Assembly: GCA_965242925.1 (NCBI GenBank)
Contig: CBDEUM010000037.1
Location: 65,148-129,147, forward strand
Length of the DNA stretch: 64,000 bases
Source of the DNA: Roseibacillus sp.
GTDB lineage: Bacteria > Verrucomicrobiota > Verrucomicrobiia > Verrucomicrobiales > Akkermansiaceae
Reading direction: 5' to 3'
The translations under genes were made by a program, and so were the position numbers. Below the pieces are notes generated by a model. That model had not been told where the DNA came from. It did no database searches and was given only the letters and a program-made list of their open reading frames with translations. Of this stretch, positions 48,726-57,960 are shown one piece after another. The stretch's first letter is position 1. Every line of letters begins with the position of its first letter.

Positions 48726-49421
48726 CTAGACCTTCCGCCAGGTTGCTGCGTAGCCGCGGGTGTCGAGGTGGATAAAGGTCGGGTAGAGGCCGATTCCACC
48801 GCGGAAAAATCCCTCCTTGCGGAGTTGAAGGGCCATCTGAAAAGCTTTTTGGGCCGAACAGAAATAGATGAGGTCGAGCGCCTGGTTGCGGGTGTGATAG
48901 GATCCTCTCACGGCCCCCGGGATGATGGCGTTATAGCGTGGACTACGGTAGCCGGAGGTGATGCGGCAGAGGGGTAATTCCAGACGCTCCCGGAGTTCGT
49001 CCGCGGCCTTGAGTGTCGGTGCCAGTTTTTCCCAGAGGTGTCGAGGAGGGAGAGTATTCTCGATGCCGTCGGCCACCCCCCGGTGAGGGTCGATGATTTC
49101 CCCGGGGGAAAGATGTCGCAGATTGAGACTGAGCAGGAAGTCGTTGTAACTCTCTTCATTCTCGAGGGGACGTCCGAAGGGAGGGATCGGCTCGGTTTCC
49201 CATACCCGATCGAGGAAGGGAGGGCCGGACCCTGGATCGGATCCTGGAGTGGACCCTGGGTCCGCCACCAGTTGACGGGAGGCAGGAGCAGCGAGATTCC
49301 TGGTCCGGGGGGGCTGGGAGAGTTTTCGAGCTGCGAGCAGGGTGGAGACGGTGCCAAGGGCAAGAACTGAGCCGGACCGGAGAAACCGCCGTCGCTGCAG
49401 GGTGGAGCGAGGGATATTCAT
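48726..49421 (-). CDS. Peptidase M15A family (YcbK/MepK-like) Zn metallopeptidase, probably Tat-exported
   Basis: QRRRFL twin-arginine motif; ITSGYRS..YN, SYH...ALD, GIGLY..FIHLDTRG. Confidence 0.87.
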   Translation of the reverse strand: MNIPRSTLQRRRFLRSGSVLALGTVSTLLAARKLSQPPRTRNLAAPASRQLVADPGSTPGSDPGSGPPFLDRVWETEPIPPFGRPLENEESYNDFLLSLNLRHLSPGEIIDPHRGVADGIENTLPPRHLWEKLAPTLKAADELRERLELPLCRITSGYRSPRYNAIIPGAVRGSYHTRNQALDLIYFCSAQKAFQMALQLRKEGFFRGGIGLYPTFIHLDTRGYAATWRKV

Positions 49422-49534
49422 GGCATACAAAAGCTGAGGCCAATAATTATTACGGATTACTTAATTAAATGGAAGTAGGAAAATGAATAATAGGGAATTG
49501 TGATTGAAGGGGGGAGAGGGAGAATCGAGAACTG

Positions 49535-51421
49535 ATGGGAGTGCTGCAGAGGATCTGGCCGTGGTTCATCGCGTTGCTCTCGGGGGCGATGCTGGCGCTG
49601 TGCTACGCTCCTTTCAACATGCCCGCCATGGTCTGGCTGGGGTTGGCTCCGCTCCTGGTAGCGCTCTGGGGAGGTGGGGGGAAGCGGCGCAAGTTGTATG
49701 GATTCGGAGTGGGATACCTGGCCGGGCTGTCCTTCTGGCTGATCAACCTGAAATGGATATCAGAAGTGGGGATGATGGGATGGCTTTCGGTGGCGTTCTT
49801 CCTGTCCCTTTACTTCGCATTATGGGGGCTCTTTGCTGCGGGTGCCGGTAATCCGTGGATGGAGCGGTCCGCCAGGACAGAACGAACGGAAGGGGGGATC
49901 GTAGAAAAGATCAAGGCACGGATGAGCGTGCAGAAGGAGCGGCGCGGACGGTCGATGGTGGAATCGAGGCGGGTGCTGAAATTCGCGGCGGTGAACGGTT
50001 TCTGGTGGTGTGGACTGGAGTGGGTGCGTGGGTGGCTCCTGACCGGTTTCGGGTGGAACGGTCTCGGGGTGGCCTTCCACGATCAGCCCATTCTGGCGCA
50101 GGGTGCGGATCTCATCGGGGTTGCCGGCCTTTCCTTCCTGCCGGTCTTCGTGATGGCTGTCATCGTGCAGGTGGGACGTGGTCTGCACAGGGAAGTGAGG
50201 AGCGGTCGTTTGCGGGCCCACTGGGACTTCGGTGCAGCGATGGCGCTTCTTACTGTCTTTTTCCTCTACGGGGTCTGGAAGCTGCATGTTGAGAAGCCGG
50301 TAGATTCCATGCCGCTCAATGTGCTCCTGGTGCAGCTCAACATCCCGCAGGAGGCGAGTCAGAAGCTATGGGAACCGGAGGAAATCTACCGGGGCTACGA
50401 GGAGGAAACGCTGAAGGCGCTGGAGGAGTTGAACCGGCGTAACGAGGAACGGGGGAAGGAGGCGATGGAGACGGGGAGTCCGGAGGCGGTACATCTTGAT
50501 GTGCCCGACTGGATCTTATGGCCGGAGTCGGCGCTACCAGATGTCCTCTACTACACCGAATCAGAGGAGCAGGAAATCGGGAGGCGCACGCGTGCGGCTC
50601 TCAATGAGGTGAACCCCCGGGGACAGGTTACGATGGTGTTTGGCCTGCTGGAATACGAGGGAGAGAGAACCATGCCAGGCGGTCCGCTGACGCGAAAGGA
50701 GAACGGGAAGGCTTACAATTCACTACTGGCGATGCCGACGGGCAGAAAAGATTTCCTCACCTACCGGAAGCAGCACCTCGTGCTCTTCGGGGAGACCATT
50801 CCCTATGTCGACCAGCTCAGGATCCTGCAGTGGTTGTGGGAAAAGTCGGCCGGGACGCAGTATGGAGGGTCCTTCAGTGCAGGTGATCAGGGGGAGCCGA
50901 TGCGTATCCCGCGTCCCTCGACTGGATCAGGAGACTTTGCCGTTATCCCGACCATTTGTTTCGAGGACACGGTTGCACGCAAGATGCGCAAGTTCGTGAA
51001 GAAGGGTGGACAGCTTATCGTGAACGTGACCAACGACGGTTGGTTCAAGGAGAGCGAGGGGGCGGCGCAGCATTTTGCCAACGCGAAATTCCGCTCCATC
51101 GAATTGCGTCGTCCTACCATCCGCTGCGCCAACACGGGAGTGAGCGCAGTCATCAACAGCTACGGCACGGTGCTCGATCGTGAGAAGAACGAGGAGCGAA
51201 AACTGGTTGACGACAGTGGGTCACACCTGACGCGGGGCTGGCTTTATGCCACCGCTCATGTTCCCGTGGAGGGACCTCTGACACTCTACGCCAGGTTTGG
51301 TGACTGGTTCGCCGTCCTGGGACTGATGGTGGCGGGTGTCTGGTGGATTGCAGGGCGGAAAGATCCTCCGGATGGCAGGGGGAGGAGGATTGATTCCGGG
51401 AAGGATGCCCTTGACGCTTGA
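49535..51421 (+). CDS. lnt: Apolipoprotein N-acyltransferase
   Basis: EWVRG...TGFGW, catalytic WPES, YRKQHLVLFGE, ICFED, NVTNDGWF, ANTGVS, TLYARFGD. Confidence 0.94.
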   Translation: MGVLQRIWPWFIALLSGAMLALCYAPFNMPAMVWLGLAPLLVALWGGGGKRRKLYGFGVGYLAGLSFWLINLKWISEVGMMGWLSVAFFLSLYFALWGLFAAGAGNPWMERSARTERTEGGIVEKIKARMSVQKERRGRSMVESRRVLKFAAVNGFWWCGLEWVRGWLLTGFGWNGLGVAFHDQPILAQGADLIGVAGLSFLPVFVMAVIVQVGRGLHREVRSGRLRAHWDFGAAMALLTVFFLYGVWKLHVEKPVDSMPLNVLLVQLNIPQEASQKLWEPEEIYRGYEEETLKALEELNRRNEERGKEAMETGSPEAVHLDVPDWILWPESALPDVLYYTESEEQEIGRRTRAALNEVNPRGQVTMVFGLLEYEGERTMPGGPLTRKENGKAYNSLLAMPTGRKDFLTYRKQHLVLFGETIPYVDQLRILQWLWEKSAGTQYGGSFSAGDQGEPMRIPRPSTGSGDFAVIPTICFEDTVARKMRKFVKKGGQLIVNVTNDGWFKESEGAAQHFANAKFRSIELRRPTIRCANTGVSAVINSYGTVLDREKNEERKLVDDSGSHLTRGWLYATAHVPVEGPLTLYARFGDWFAVLGLMVAGVWWIAGRKDPPDGRGRRIDSGKDALDA

Positions 51422-51455
51422 AAAGTACTGTCATGGAACGATAACAGCTGAACGT

Positions 51456-52526
51456 ATGGCGGTTGGTGATGTCAGAGGGACTCTGCAATACGTTCCCATG
51501 TTCCGGGGACGAACCTTTGTGGTGGTCCTTGACGAGGGACTGCCGGAGTTCGCGGTGGCAGAGGCCCTGCTTGATCTCAAGGCGCTTCAGGAGGTGGGAG
51601 TCAACCTGGTGATTGCCGTGGTGGGTGAGAAAAAAGGGGGGGGCGCGGTGGCGGAACGAGCGATGGATATCGAGATCAAGTTCGCCCGGGTGGAAACGCT
51701 GGATGAAGTGGCGTCGGTGCTGGAGCGGGGGCAGGCTGCGATGATGAATTGCAGGGCTGGGAGGGTGCTGGGGGAGGAGATGAGCAGTCTGGGAACGGGA
51801 GTGGAAGCCGCCAAGTTGATCGGTCTGGTGAACGGTCCCGGTGTCTTGAGGGATGGTCAGCCCCTTCATGCGGTGTCCTGTTCAGCCCTGACCGATCTGG
51901 GAGAAGTCCCAGAGAAGGGAGGAGCGATTGAGGGGGTTGAACTTCTGGAGGAGGCGGCAGCAGCCTGCCAGGCTGGTGTTCCGAGGGTCCATATTCTCGA
52001 CGGGCGCCGGCAGGGAGTGCTGGCCGAGGAGCTCTTTTCGAACGAGGGGGTCGGAACCATGGTGCATGCCGACAGCTACCGGCAGGTGCGAGCGCTGCGT
52101 GAGGACGATGTGCCGGAGTTGCTGGCCATGATCGGGCGTTCCGTGCGGGCCTCTCACCTCGTTCCCCGCGATTACGATGAGATCCTGGAAAAGGCGGAGG
52201 ACTTCCTGATCCTCTGTGTGGATGACAACGTGGTGGGCTGTGTCGCTCTGCACCGCTACGAGGAGCATCCTGCCGAGGTGGCGTGCCTTTACGTGAAGCA
52301 GTCCCACGAGGGGCTGGGTTACGGAAGGGCATTGGTGGAGTCTGTGGAGGAGAGAGCCAGGGGTCTTGGAATCAGCTCGGTGTTCGTGTTCACCAGCCGG
52401 GCGGTGCCCTTCTTTGAGAATCTGGGCTACGATTCAGCGTCGATGGATATCGTTCCGAACGAGCGCGCCCAGAAATTCGAGGAGAGTAATCGCGGATCAG
52501 AAGTGCTGTCCAAGGAATTGACCTGA
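51456..52526 (+). CDS. argA: Amino-acid N-acetyltransferase (AAK-like plus GNAT domains)
   Basis: YVPMFRGRTFVV, GVPRVHI.DG, ELFSNEGVGTM, VGC.AL, AEVACLYV, RGSEVL; start moved to ATG 51456. Confidence 0.88.
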   Translation: MAVGDVRGTLQYVPMFRGRTFVVVLDEGLPEFAVAEALLDLKALQEVGVNLVIAVVGEKKGGGAVAERAMDIEIKFARVETLDEVASVLERGQAAMMNCRAGRVLGEEMSSLGTGVEAAKLIGLVNGPGVLRDGQPLHAVSCSALTDLGEVPEKGGAIEGVELLEEAAAACQAGVPRVHILDGRRQGVLAEELFSNEGVGTMVHADSYRQVRALREDDVPELLAMIGRSVRASHLVPRDYDEILEKAEDFLILCVDDNVVGCVALHRYEEHPAEVACLYVKQSHEGLGYGRALVESVEERARGLGISSVFVFTSRAVPFFENLGYDSASMDIVPNERAQKFEESNRGSEVLSKELT

Positions 52527-52565
52527 GCGATATTGCCCTGACAGGGACTCCGGGTAACGGAGGAC

Positions 52566-53129
52566 CTAGTTCCGGCTCGGATCATCGGAGCATTCCGCAA
52601 TGATCCTGTGGTAGGTGGAGATGTTTCGGAGGGTTTCGGCCCAGAGCGTTTGATCGTGGCTGTGGGCGAGAAGTTTGGAAGTGGGTCTGGCGGTGATCCA
52701 CGAGCTATGGCGGAGCTCACCTTCCAGCTGACCTTCCGACCAACCGGAGTAGCCGACAAACGCGCGTACCAGAGTGCCGGGATTCTGGGCATGTTTGACG
52801 GCGTCGGGGGCCGAGATCCGGGTGGCAAAGCGCAGCCCCTTCTCCTCGGTCCACCAGAGAGCGGCGAAGGTGAGATGTTCGCGGGCAACCGGCCCACCGA
52901 CATGAACATCAATCTTGGAGAGTGCAGAAAACTCCTCATCCTTGAGAAACTCGCCCACCTTATGGTCGGAGGGATGGTTGAGAATGAGGCCGTAGGCTCC
53001 CTCCTCGGCATTGTGTTCTGTCAGAAGGATCACGGAGTGCGGGAAGATGCCCTCGCGCAGGGTGGGATCAGCGATAAGGAGCTGGCCCTGGAGGCGGATG
53101 GGTGATTCCTGTCTGGGGAGGTCAGCCAT
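52566..53129 (-). CDS. YqgE/AlgH family protein (UPF0301)
   Basis: LLIA.P.L....F..SVILL.EH...GAYGLILN, GGPV, GYSGW..GQLEGEL...SW. Confidence 0.9.
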   Translation of the reverse strand: MADLPRQESPIRLQGQLLIADPTLREGIFPHSVILLTEHNAEEGAYGLILNHPSDHKVGEFLKDEEFSALSKIDVHVGGPVAREHLTFAALWWTEEKGLRFATRISAPDAVKHAQNPGTLVRAFVGYSGWSEGQLEGELRHSSWITARPTSKLLAHSHDQTLWAETLRNISTYHRIIAECSDDPSRN

Positions 53130-53257
53130 GGGGTGAAGTTGATGCCGGGAGGCGGCGGCGTCAAGGAGGGGGAAGAATTGATTGATTTGCAGGTCAGGGA
53201 ACCGGGAGGGGGATTTTGAGGTTCAGGAAATGGGGATTAGGCTCTAAAGAAGCGTTC

Positions 53258-54304
53258 GTGTTCGTTGATCACATCAGGATTTATGCAAAGGCGGGGAATG
53301 GCGGAAACGGCGTGGTCAGTTTCCGGCGAGAGAAATTTGTCCCGCGGGGCGGACCGGATGGTGGTGACGGGGCGAAAGGAGGAGACGTGATCCTGCGGGT
53401 TGACCGCCATATCGACAATCTGAAGACCTTTCACTATAACCCCCTTCAGGTCGCGAAGGACGGCGGGCACGGACAGAGTTGGAAGCGCCACGGCAAGAAT
53501 GGCAAGTCGGTCATCGCCAAGGTGCCGCCGGGCACTCTGGTTTACAAGAGTCCGGCCCGGACGGTGGCGGAAGCGGTAAAGATGGAGCGCAGCGGAGAGG
53601 AGGTCGATCTCGAACTGATAGCGGATCTGACCGATGAGGGAGAGGAACTCATCCTTTGCAGGGCGGGGAAGGGAGGGAAGGGGAACTGGCAGTTCCGCAG
53701 TGCCACCAACCGGGTGCCGGAGGAGTTCACGCTCGGCACGGAAGGAGGGGCGGGGGTCTTTTATCTGGAGTTGCGTCGTATCGCAGATGCCGGGATGGTG
53801 GGGTTCCCCAATGCGGGCAAGTCGACCCTGACAAGCAAGTTGAGTGCGGCCCGTCCCAAGGTGGCCTCCTATCCCTTTACCACCCTGAATCCGATGGTGG
53901 GGGTGGTAGAGTTTTCGGACTTCAGGCGTTGCACCATTGCCGATATCCCGGGGTTGATCGAAGGGGCCCATGACAACCGCGGTCTTGGCCATGAATTCCT
54001 GCGGCACATTACCCGTTGCGGCCTGCTCCTCTTTGTAGTGGACATGGCGGGGAGCGAGTGCCGGGATCCCATCGAAGACGTGGAGACCCTCCGGAAGGAG
54101 ATCAAATTGTACGAGGAGGAGTTGTCCAAGCTGGAGTGGCTGGTGGTTGCCAACAAGATGGATCTCGAGGGGGCGAGGGAGAACCTGCAGAATTTCCGTG
54201 CGCGCTTTCCGAAGGTGGAGATTGTTCCCATCTCGGCGGAATTTGAGGAAGGCCTGCAGGAACTGAAAGCGGTCTTGTGCGAGCGCGTGGGGGGGGGGCG
54301 GTGA
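53258..54304 (+). CDS. obgE: GTPase ObgE/CgtA
   Basis: FVD.....AGNGGNG, GGPDGGDG, GFPNAGKST, YPFTTL, DIPG, NKMD; GTG start at 53258. Confidence 0.95.
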   Translation: MFVDHIRIYAKAGNGGNGVVSFRREKFVPRGGPDGGDGAKGGDVILRVDRHIDNLKTFHYNPLQVAKDGGHGQSWKRHGKNGKSVIAKVPPGTLVYKSPARTVAEAVKMERSGEEVDLELIADLTDEGEELILCRAGKGGKGNWQFRSATNRVPEEFTLGTEGGAGVFYLELRRIADAGMVGFPNAGKSTLTSKLSAARPKVASYPFTTLNPMVGVVEFSDFRRCTIADIPGLIEGAHDNRGLGHEFLRHITRCGLLLFVVDMAGSECRDPIEDVETLRKEIKLYEEELSKLEWLVVANKMDLEGARENLQNFRARFPKVEIVPISAEFEEGLQELKAVLCERVGGGR

Positions 54305-54422
54305 CAGGGGGAAGGGAACCCTGTTCGCTGGTCCGGAATCGGGAAAAGCATTCCGTTGTAGGCCCCCGGGCCTTATCATTGCCCGGGGCCCGGGGACTGG
54401 ATGGTCCCGGGGTCTCTTCGTG

Positions 54423-55100
54423 ATGTCCGTATCCCGGGAAACGGTGGTCTTTGTTTATGGGACCTTGCGGCAGGGAGCCTCCAATCATTGCCGACTGGAG
54501 GGGGCAACGGCTCTGGGAGAGGCCTGGGTTCTGGGGAAACTCCATCGTATCGACTGGTATCCCGGACTGCTCCTGGATGACGACGGCATTCCGGTCCGGG
54601 GCGAGGTTTATGCAGTGGAACGGGAGATGCTGCGAAAGTTGGACGATTTTGAGGGCCGGGAGTATGAGCGATTGAAGACCACGGTGCATCTCAAGGATGG
54701 TGGAGAGGTCGAGGCGTGGCTTTACGAGTACCGGGGGGAGGTTGCAGGAAGGATGGATCTCGTCCCGGCGGACTGGATGCACCGCACGGAAGACAGAAGG
54801 GCCAGTTCGCCCGGCGTCGTATGCAGCGGGGCGACCTTTGCCCTCCTCCCCCTGACCGTTGGAGCGGGGGTCCTGACCCTGGGGATGGAGGTGGGCGGAC
54901 CGTGGTGGCTTGGATGGTTGACGTGGCTGGTCACCACGTTCCTTCCGCTGATTCCGTTTGTCACCGGGAGGTGGGCACGGAAGCGCAGGGAGAAGTGGGC
55001 CCAGGGAGCCGAGGTGGGGGCCGCGTTGGCCTTTGTTGCCTTCTGGATCCTCTTGATCATCCGCCATTGGCCGATGGCGTTCGAGGCGTTCCCAAACTAG
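54423..55100 (+). CDS. Gamma-glutamylcyclotransferase (AIG2-like) with C-terminal membrane domain
   Basis: VFVYGTLR.G, YPGL, V.GEVY, LDDFEG..YER, AWLY; then about three hydrophobic helices. Confidence 0.82.
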   Translation: MSVSRETVVFVYGTLRQGASNHCRLEGATALGEAWVLGKLHRIDWYPGLLLDDDGIPVRGEVYAVEREMLRKLDDFEGREYERLKTTVHLKDGGEVEAWLYEYRGEVAGRMDLVPADWMHRTEDRRASSPGVVCSGATFALLPLTVGAGVLTLGMEVGGPWWLGWLTWLVTTFLPLIPFVTGRWARKRREKWAQGAEVGAALAFVAFWILLIIRHWPMAFEAFPN

Positions 55101-55130
55101 GGAGGTTACTGCCGGAGTGCCGACCCGGGC

Positions 55131-56015
55131 TCACTTCCCGAGAAAGCCGCCCATCGGGGCGTAGAGTTCGGTTTGCTGGGCGGAGTGCTCGAGGAGATCG
55201 TCGGCAAGGGTGATCCTTCCTGGTTCGAAGAGGGTGATGGTGCTTGAGCCCCCGAACGAAAAATAGCCCCGCTCGTCACCTCGCGTGACTGGGTGGTGGG
55301 GGATGAAGGTCTGCCTGATGGAACCGACATTGGTGGCACCGATATCAATTGTGAGGATGGTGCCGAAGTTCTTCGTTTCGAGTTCGGTGACGACCCGCTT
55401 ATTTTCCCAGAGGTAGGCGAGGTTCCGACGAAGGGCGATGGGCGAGACCGAGAAGAGGGGTCCATTGAGGAGGCGGGACTCGGAGGGCGTTCCGGAAGCC
55501 GGGAAATGGTAGCGGTGGTAGTCGATGGGGCAGAGCCGTGAGAGGACGAGGGTGCCGTGTTCGAATCTCCGGGCCAGTTCTGCCGAACCAAGGAGGCTGG
55601 GAAGAGTGAAGCGTTGACCCTTGACGAAAACGGCGTCGACCTGTGAAACATCGGGGAAACCAAGATGGCGGCCATCGCATGGGAAAACGATTGCTCCCGG
55701 ATCAGGATCGAAGGGCCTCGCTTCCGACTTGAGCCTGCGGATGAAAAACTCGTTGAAGCTGTCAAACGAGTCGGGGGATTCGGCAAACTCAGAGGGATCG
55801 AGTCCGAAGTCCCTGATAAAGGGAGCCACGAGGGACTGGCTGGCGGAACGGGCCATGCGGCGGCCGTACCAGCGGGAGAAGAAGGGTCGCTTGATGAGGT
55901 GTCGCAGGATGGCACCACAGGGGTTTTCGTAGGCAAGACGGAGCCAGCGGTCCCCGTAGACCTGCTCAGTCTCGAGGGCGCCAGTCAGGCGGTTAAAATA
56001 GCGAATTGGCTCCAC
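55131..56015 (-). CDS. psd: Phosphatidylserine decarboxylase (GGS-cleavage type)
   Basis: SFNEFFIRRLK...RP, PCDG, VKGQ, RLCPIDYHRYHFP, SVSP, GATNVGSI, GYFSFGGSS; probable GTG start at 56015. Confidence 0.9.
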   Translation of the reverse strand: MEPIRYFNRLTGALETEQVYGDRWLRLAYENPCGAILRHLIKRPFFSRWYGRRMARSASQSLVAPFIRDFGLDPSEFAESPDSFDSFNEFFIRRLKSEARPFDPDPGAIVFPCDGRHLGFPDVSQVDAVFVKGQRFTLPSLLGSAELARRFEHGTLVLSRLCPIDYHRYHFPASGTPSESRLLNGPLFSVSPIALRRNLAYLWENKRVVTELETKNFGTILTIDIGATNVGSIRQTFIPHHPVTRGDERGYFSFGGSSTITLFEPGRITLADDLLEHSAQQTELYAPMGGFLGK

Positions 56016-56080
56016 GGGGTGACTTTGCCCCTTGCGTCGAGGGCGAGGCAAGATTAGGTGTCCGGCAGGCGCGAACCCAT

Positions 56081-56731
56081 ATGTATTTTCGACGATCCTC
56101 CCTGGCCCGTGTGTTCCCGGCCGCGCGTCTCCGACCCGGTTTCCGGGGGTGGGGTGGTTCCCTGCTTTTCAGCGTGCTGGCAGGTCTTCTGTCCGGCTGT
56201 GACCCGGGGGACCGGGAAGCGACCGTGACTGGTCGCCGGGATCTCGTCCTGTGGGACCGGTCCTTCCCCAACAACCTGAAGGACCAGGCACCGGAAGGGT
56301 GGCGCCGGGTGCCCTGGACCCAGATGCGGTACTACAACTACCGATTCGGGGACAGCGAGGAGGGGGAGGTCTGGGTGAGTGTGATTCCGCGACAGGGCGC
56401 AGATGCAGCTCTCCTGAATGTGAACCGGTGGTATAATCAGTTCCGTCTTCCTGAAATCGTCACCCTGGAGGATCTCAAGCAGGAACCCATGCTGGGAGTG
56501 ACCGGGTACCTGGTGGAGGCGGAGGGGGCCTATCACGCCGGGATGGGAGCCGATCCCCGGCCGGAGACAAGGATGCTTGCCGCCGCCATTCCCATCAGCA
56601 GCATCATCGTGACGATCAAGATGATTGGATCACCGGTCGAGGTCGAGGCTCAGCAGGAGGCCTTCCTGGACTACTGTCGGAGCCTGGAATTTTTCGAAGA
56701 GGCGCGCATACCCAAACCCGAAGACGAGTGA
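56081..56731 (+). CDS. Putative lipoprotein linked to cytochrome c biogenesis genes
   Basis: Lipobox LLSGC, PEGW, LLNVNRWYNQ, TIKMIG; overlaps the resB-like start by 4 nt; start uncertain. Confidence 0.7.
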   Translation: MYFRRSSLARVFPAARLRPGFRGWGGSLLFSVLAGLLSGCDPGDREATVTGRRDLVLWDRSFPNNLKDQAPEGWRRVPWTQMRYYNYRFGDSEEGEVWVSVIPRQGADAALLNVNRWYNQFRLPEIVTLEDLKQEPMLGVTGYLVEAEGAYHAGMGADPRPETRMLAAAIPISSIIVTIKMIGSPVEVEAQQEAFLDYCRSLEFFEEARIPKPEDE

Positions 56732-57960
56732 GCGATTCCCGATCCAGCAAGGCGAGCAAGCAGCGGTCCATCGGCTGGTGGATCTTCCGTGTGATGGCGG
56801 GGTTTGAACTCGCCACCATCTGCCTGTTGCTGCTCTTTGCCGCGACGTTTTTCGGAACCCTCGAGCAGACCCAGGTGGGCCTTTACCTGACGCTCCAGAA
56901 GTATTTCGACATGGAGGCCCTTTTTGTCATCCCGGAACTCAACGGGAAGATCATCCCCCTCCCACTGCCAGGAACATTCTGGGTCTGTGCCGTGCTGTGT
57001 GTGAATCTGACCCTTGGCGGACTGGTGAGGATTCGGAAGGGTTGGAAGACGGTGGGAGTCATCATCGCCCATTTCAGCATGATTTTCCTGATGGTGGCTG
57101 GTGCGGTCTCGCAGGTGAGCAAGAAGGAGGGGGTCATGCACGTCTACCAGGGGGACCGCTCAGACTACGCGAAGAGCTATACCGAACCCAGCATCGAGAT
57201 TTATCCCCATGACGAGCAGGGGGAGCGGGATAAACCCTACGTGGTTAAAAGTGAACACTTCGACGGACTGGATCCAGGTGAGACGCTCACCATTCGTCTC
57301 CCGGAGCTTCCCTTTGACCTCGTGGTCAGCGGTTTCCGGCGGAGTTCGGAGCTACTGCAGCTTTCGCGCTTCAAGGAACAGCATAAGGGAGAGCGGGTGG
57401 TAGATGGCTTCTTCCTGCAGGAGCGTCCGCGGGTCCAGCAGGAAGAAGCGAACCTGACCGGGTGTTATCTGACCGTGCAGGACAAGGAGGGCAACTCCCT
57501 GCAGGAACTCCTGCTCCACTACAATGGGATGCCGTTCCCGACCCCCGTCACTGCCATGGTGGAAGGCAAGCGCTATGAATTCTCCCTCACCCGTTGGATC
57601 TGGCCCATGCCCTTTGAAGTGGAGTTGGACAAGACGTTGGGTGAATACTGGCCGGGAACGCAGGCCCCGAGCTGGTTCCAGAGTGATATCACCAAGGTCG
57701 AGGATGACCTGCGGAAAAAGTATTCCATCGTGATGAACAAGCCCATGCGCCACGAGGGGATTACCCTTTACCAGGCCTCCTGGGCGCCACCTGCCCCGGG
57801 AGGGCGGCCCAGTTCGGGCTTTGCCATTGTCCAGAACCCCTCTGACCAATGGCCCAAGTGGTCCCTCTACATCGCCTCCTTCGGGCTCATGCTGCACTTT
57901 GGCATGAAGTTGTTCCGGTTCCTGAGTTCCTCCCTGCCCTCCAAGAAGTCCGATGCCTGA
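56728..57960 (+). CDS. Cytochrome c biogenesis system II protein, ResB/Ccs1-like
   Basis: GTLEQ, G..IAH.S...LM..G, YWPGT..PSWFQS, I.MNKP.RH.G.TLYQAS, terminal TM helix; directly upstream of ccsA. Confidence 0.85.
   Translation: MSDSRSSKASKQRSIGWWIFRVMAGFELATICLLLLFAATFFGTLEQTQVGLYLTLQKYFDMEALFVIPELNGKIIPLPLPGTFWVCAVLCVNLTLGGLVRIRKGWKTVGVIIAHFSMIFLMVAGAVSQVSKKEGVMHVYQGDRSDYAKSYTEPSIEIYPHDEQGERDKPYVVKSEHFDGLDPGETLTIRLPELPFDLVVSGFRRSSELLQLSRFKEQHKGERVVDGFFLQERPRVQQEEANLTGCYLTVQDKEGNSLQELLLHYNGMPFPTPVTAMVEGKRYEFSLTRWIWPMPFEVELDKTLGEYWPGTQAPSWFQSDITKVEDDLRKKYSIVMNKPMRHEGITLYQASWAPPAPGGRPSSGFAIVQNPSDQWPKWSLYIASFGLMLHFGMKLFRFLSSSLPSKKSDA

Noticed and set aside
54289..54298. Phase-variable G tract at the end of obgE (also the A6G8 run at 51630-51643 in argA)
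   Set aside because: Both genes are in frame and housekeeping; the obgE tract affects only the last few residues
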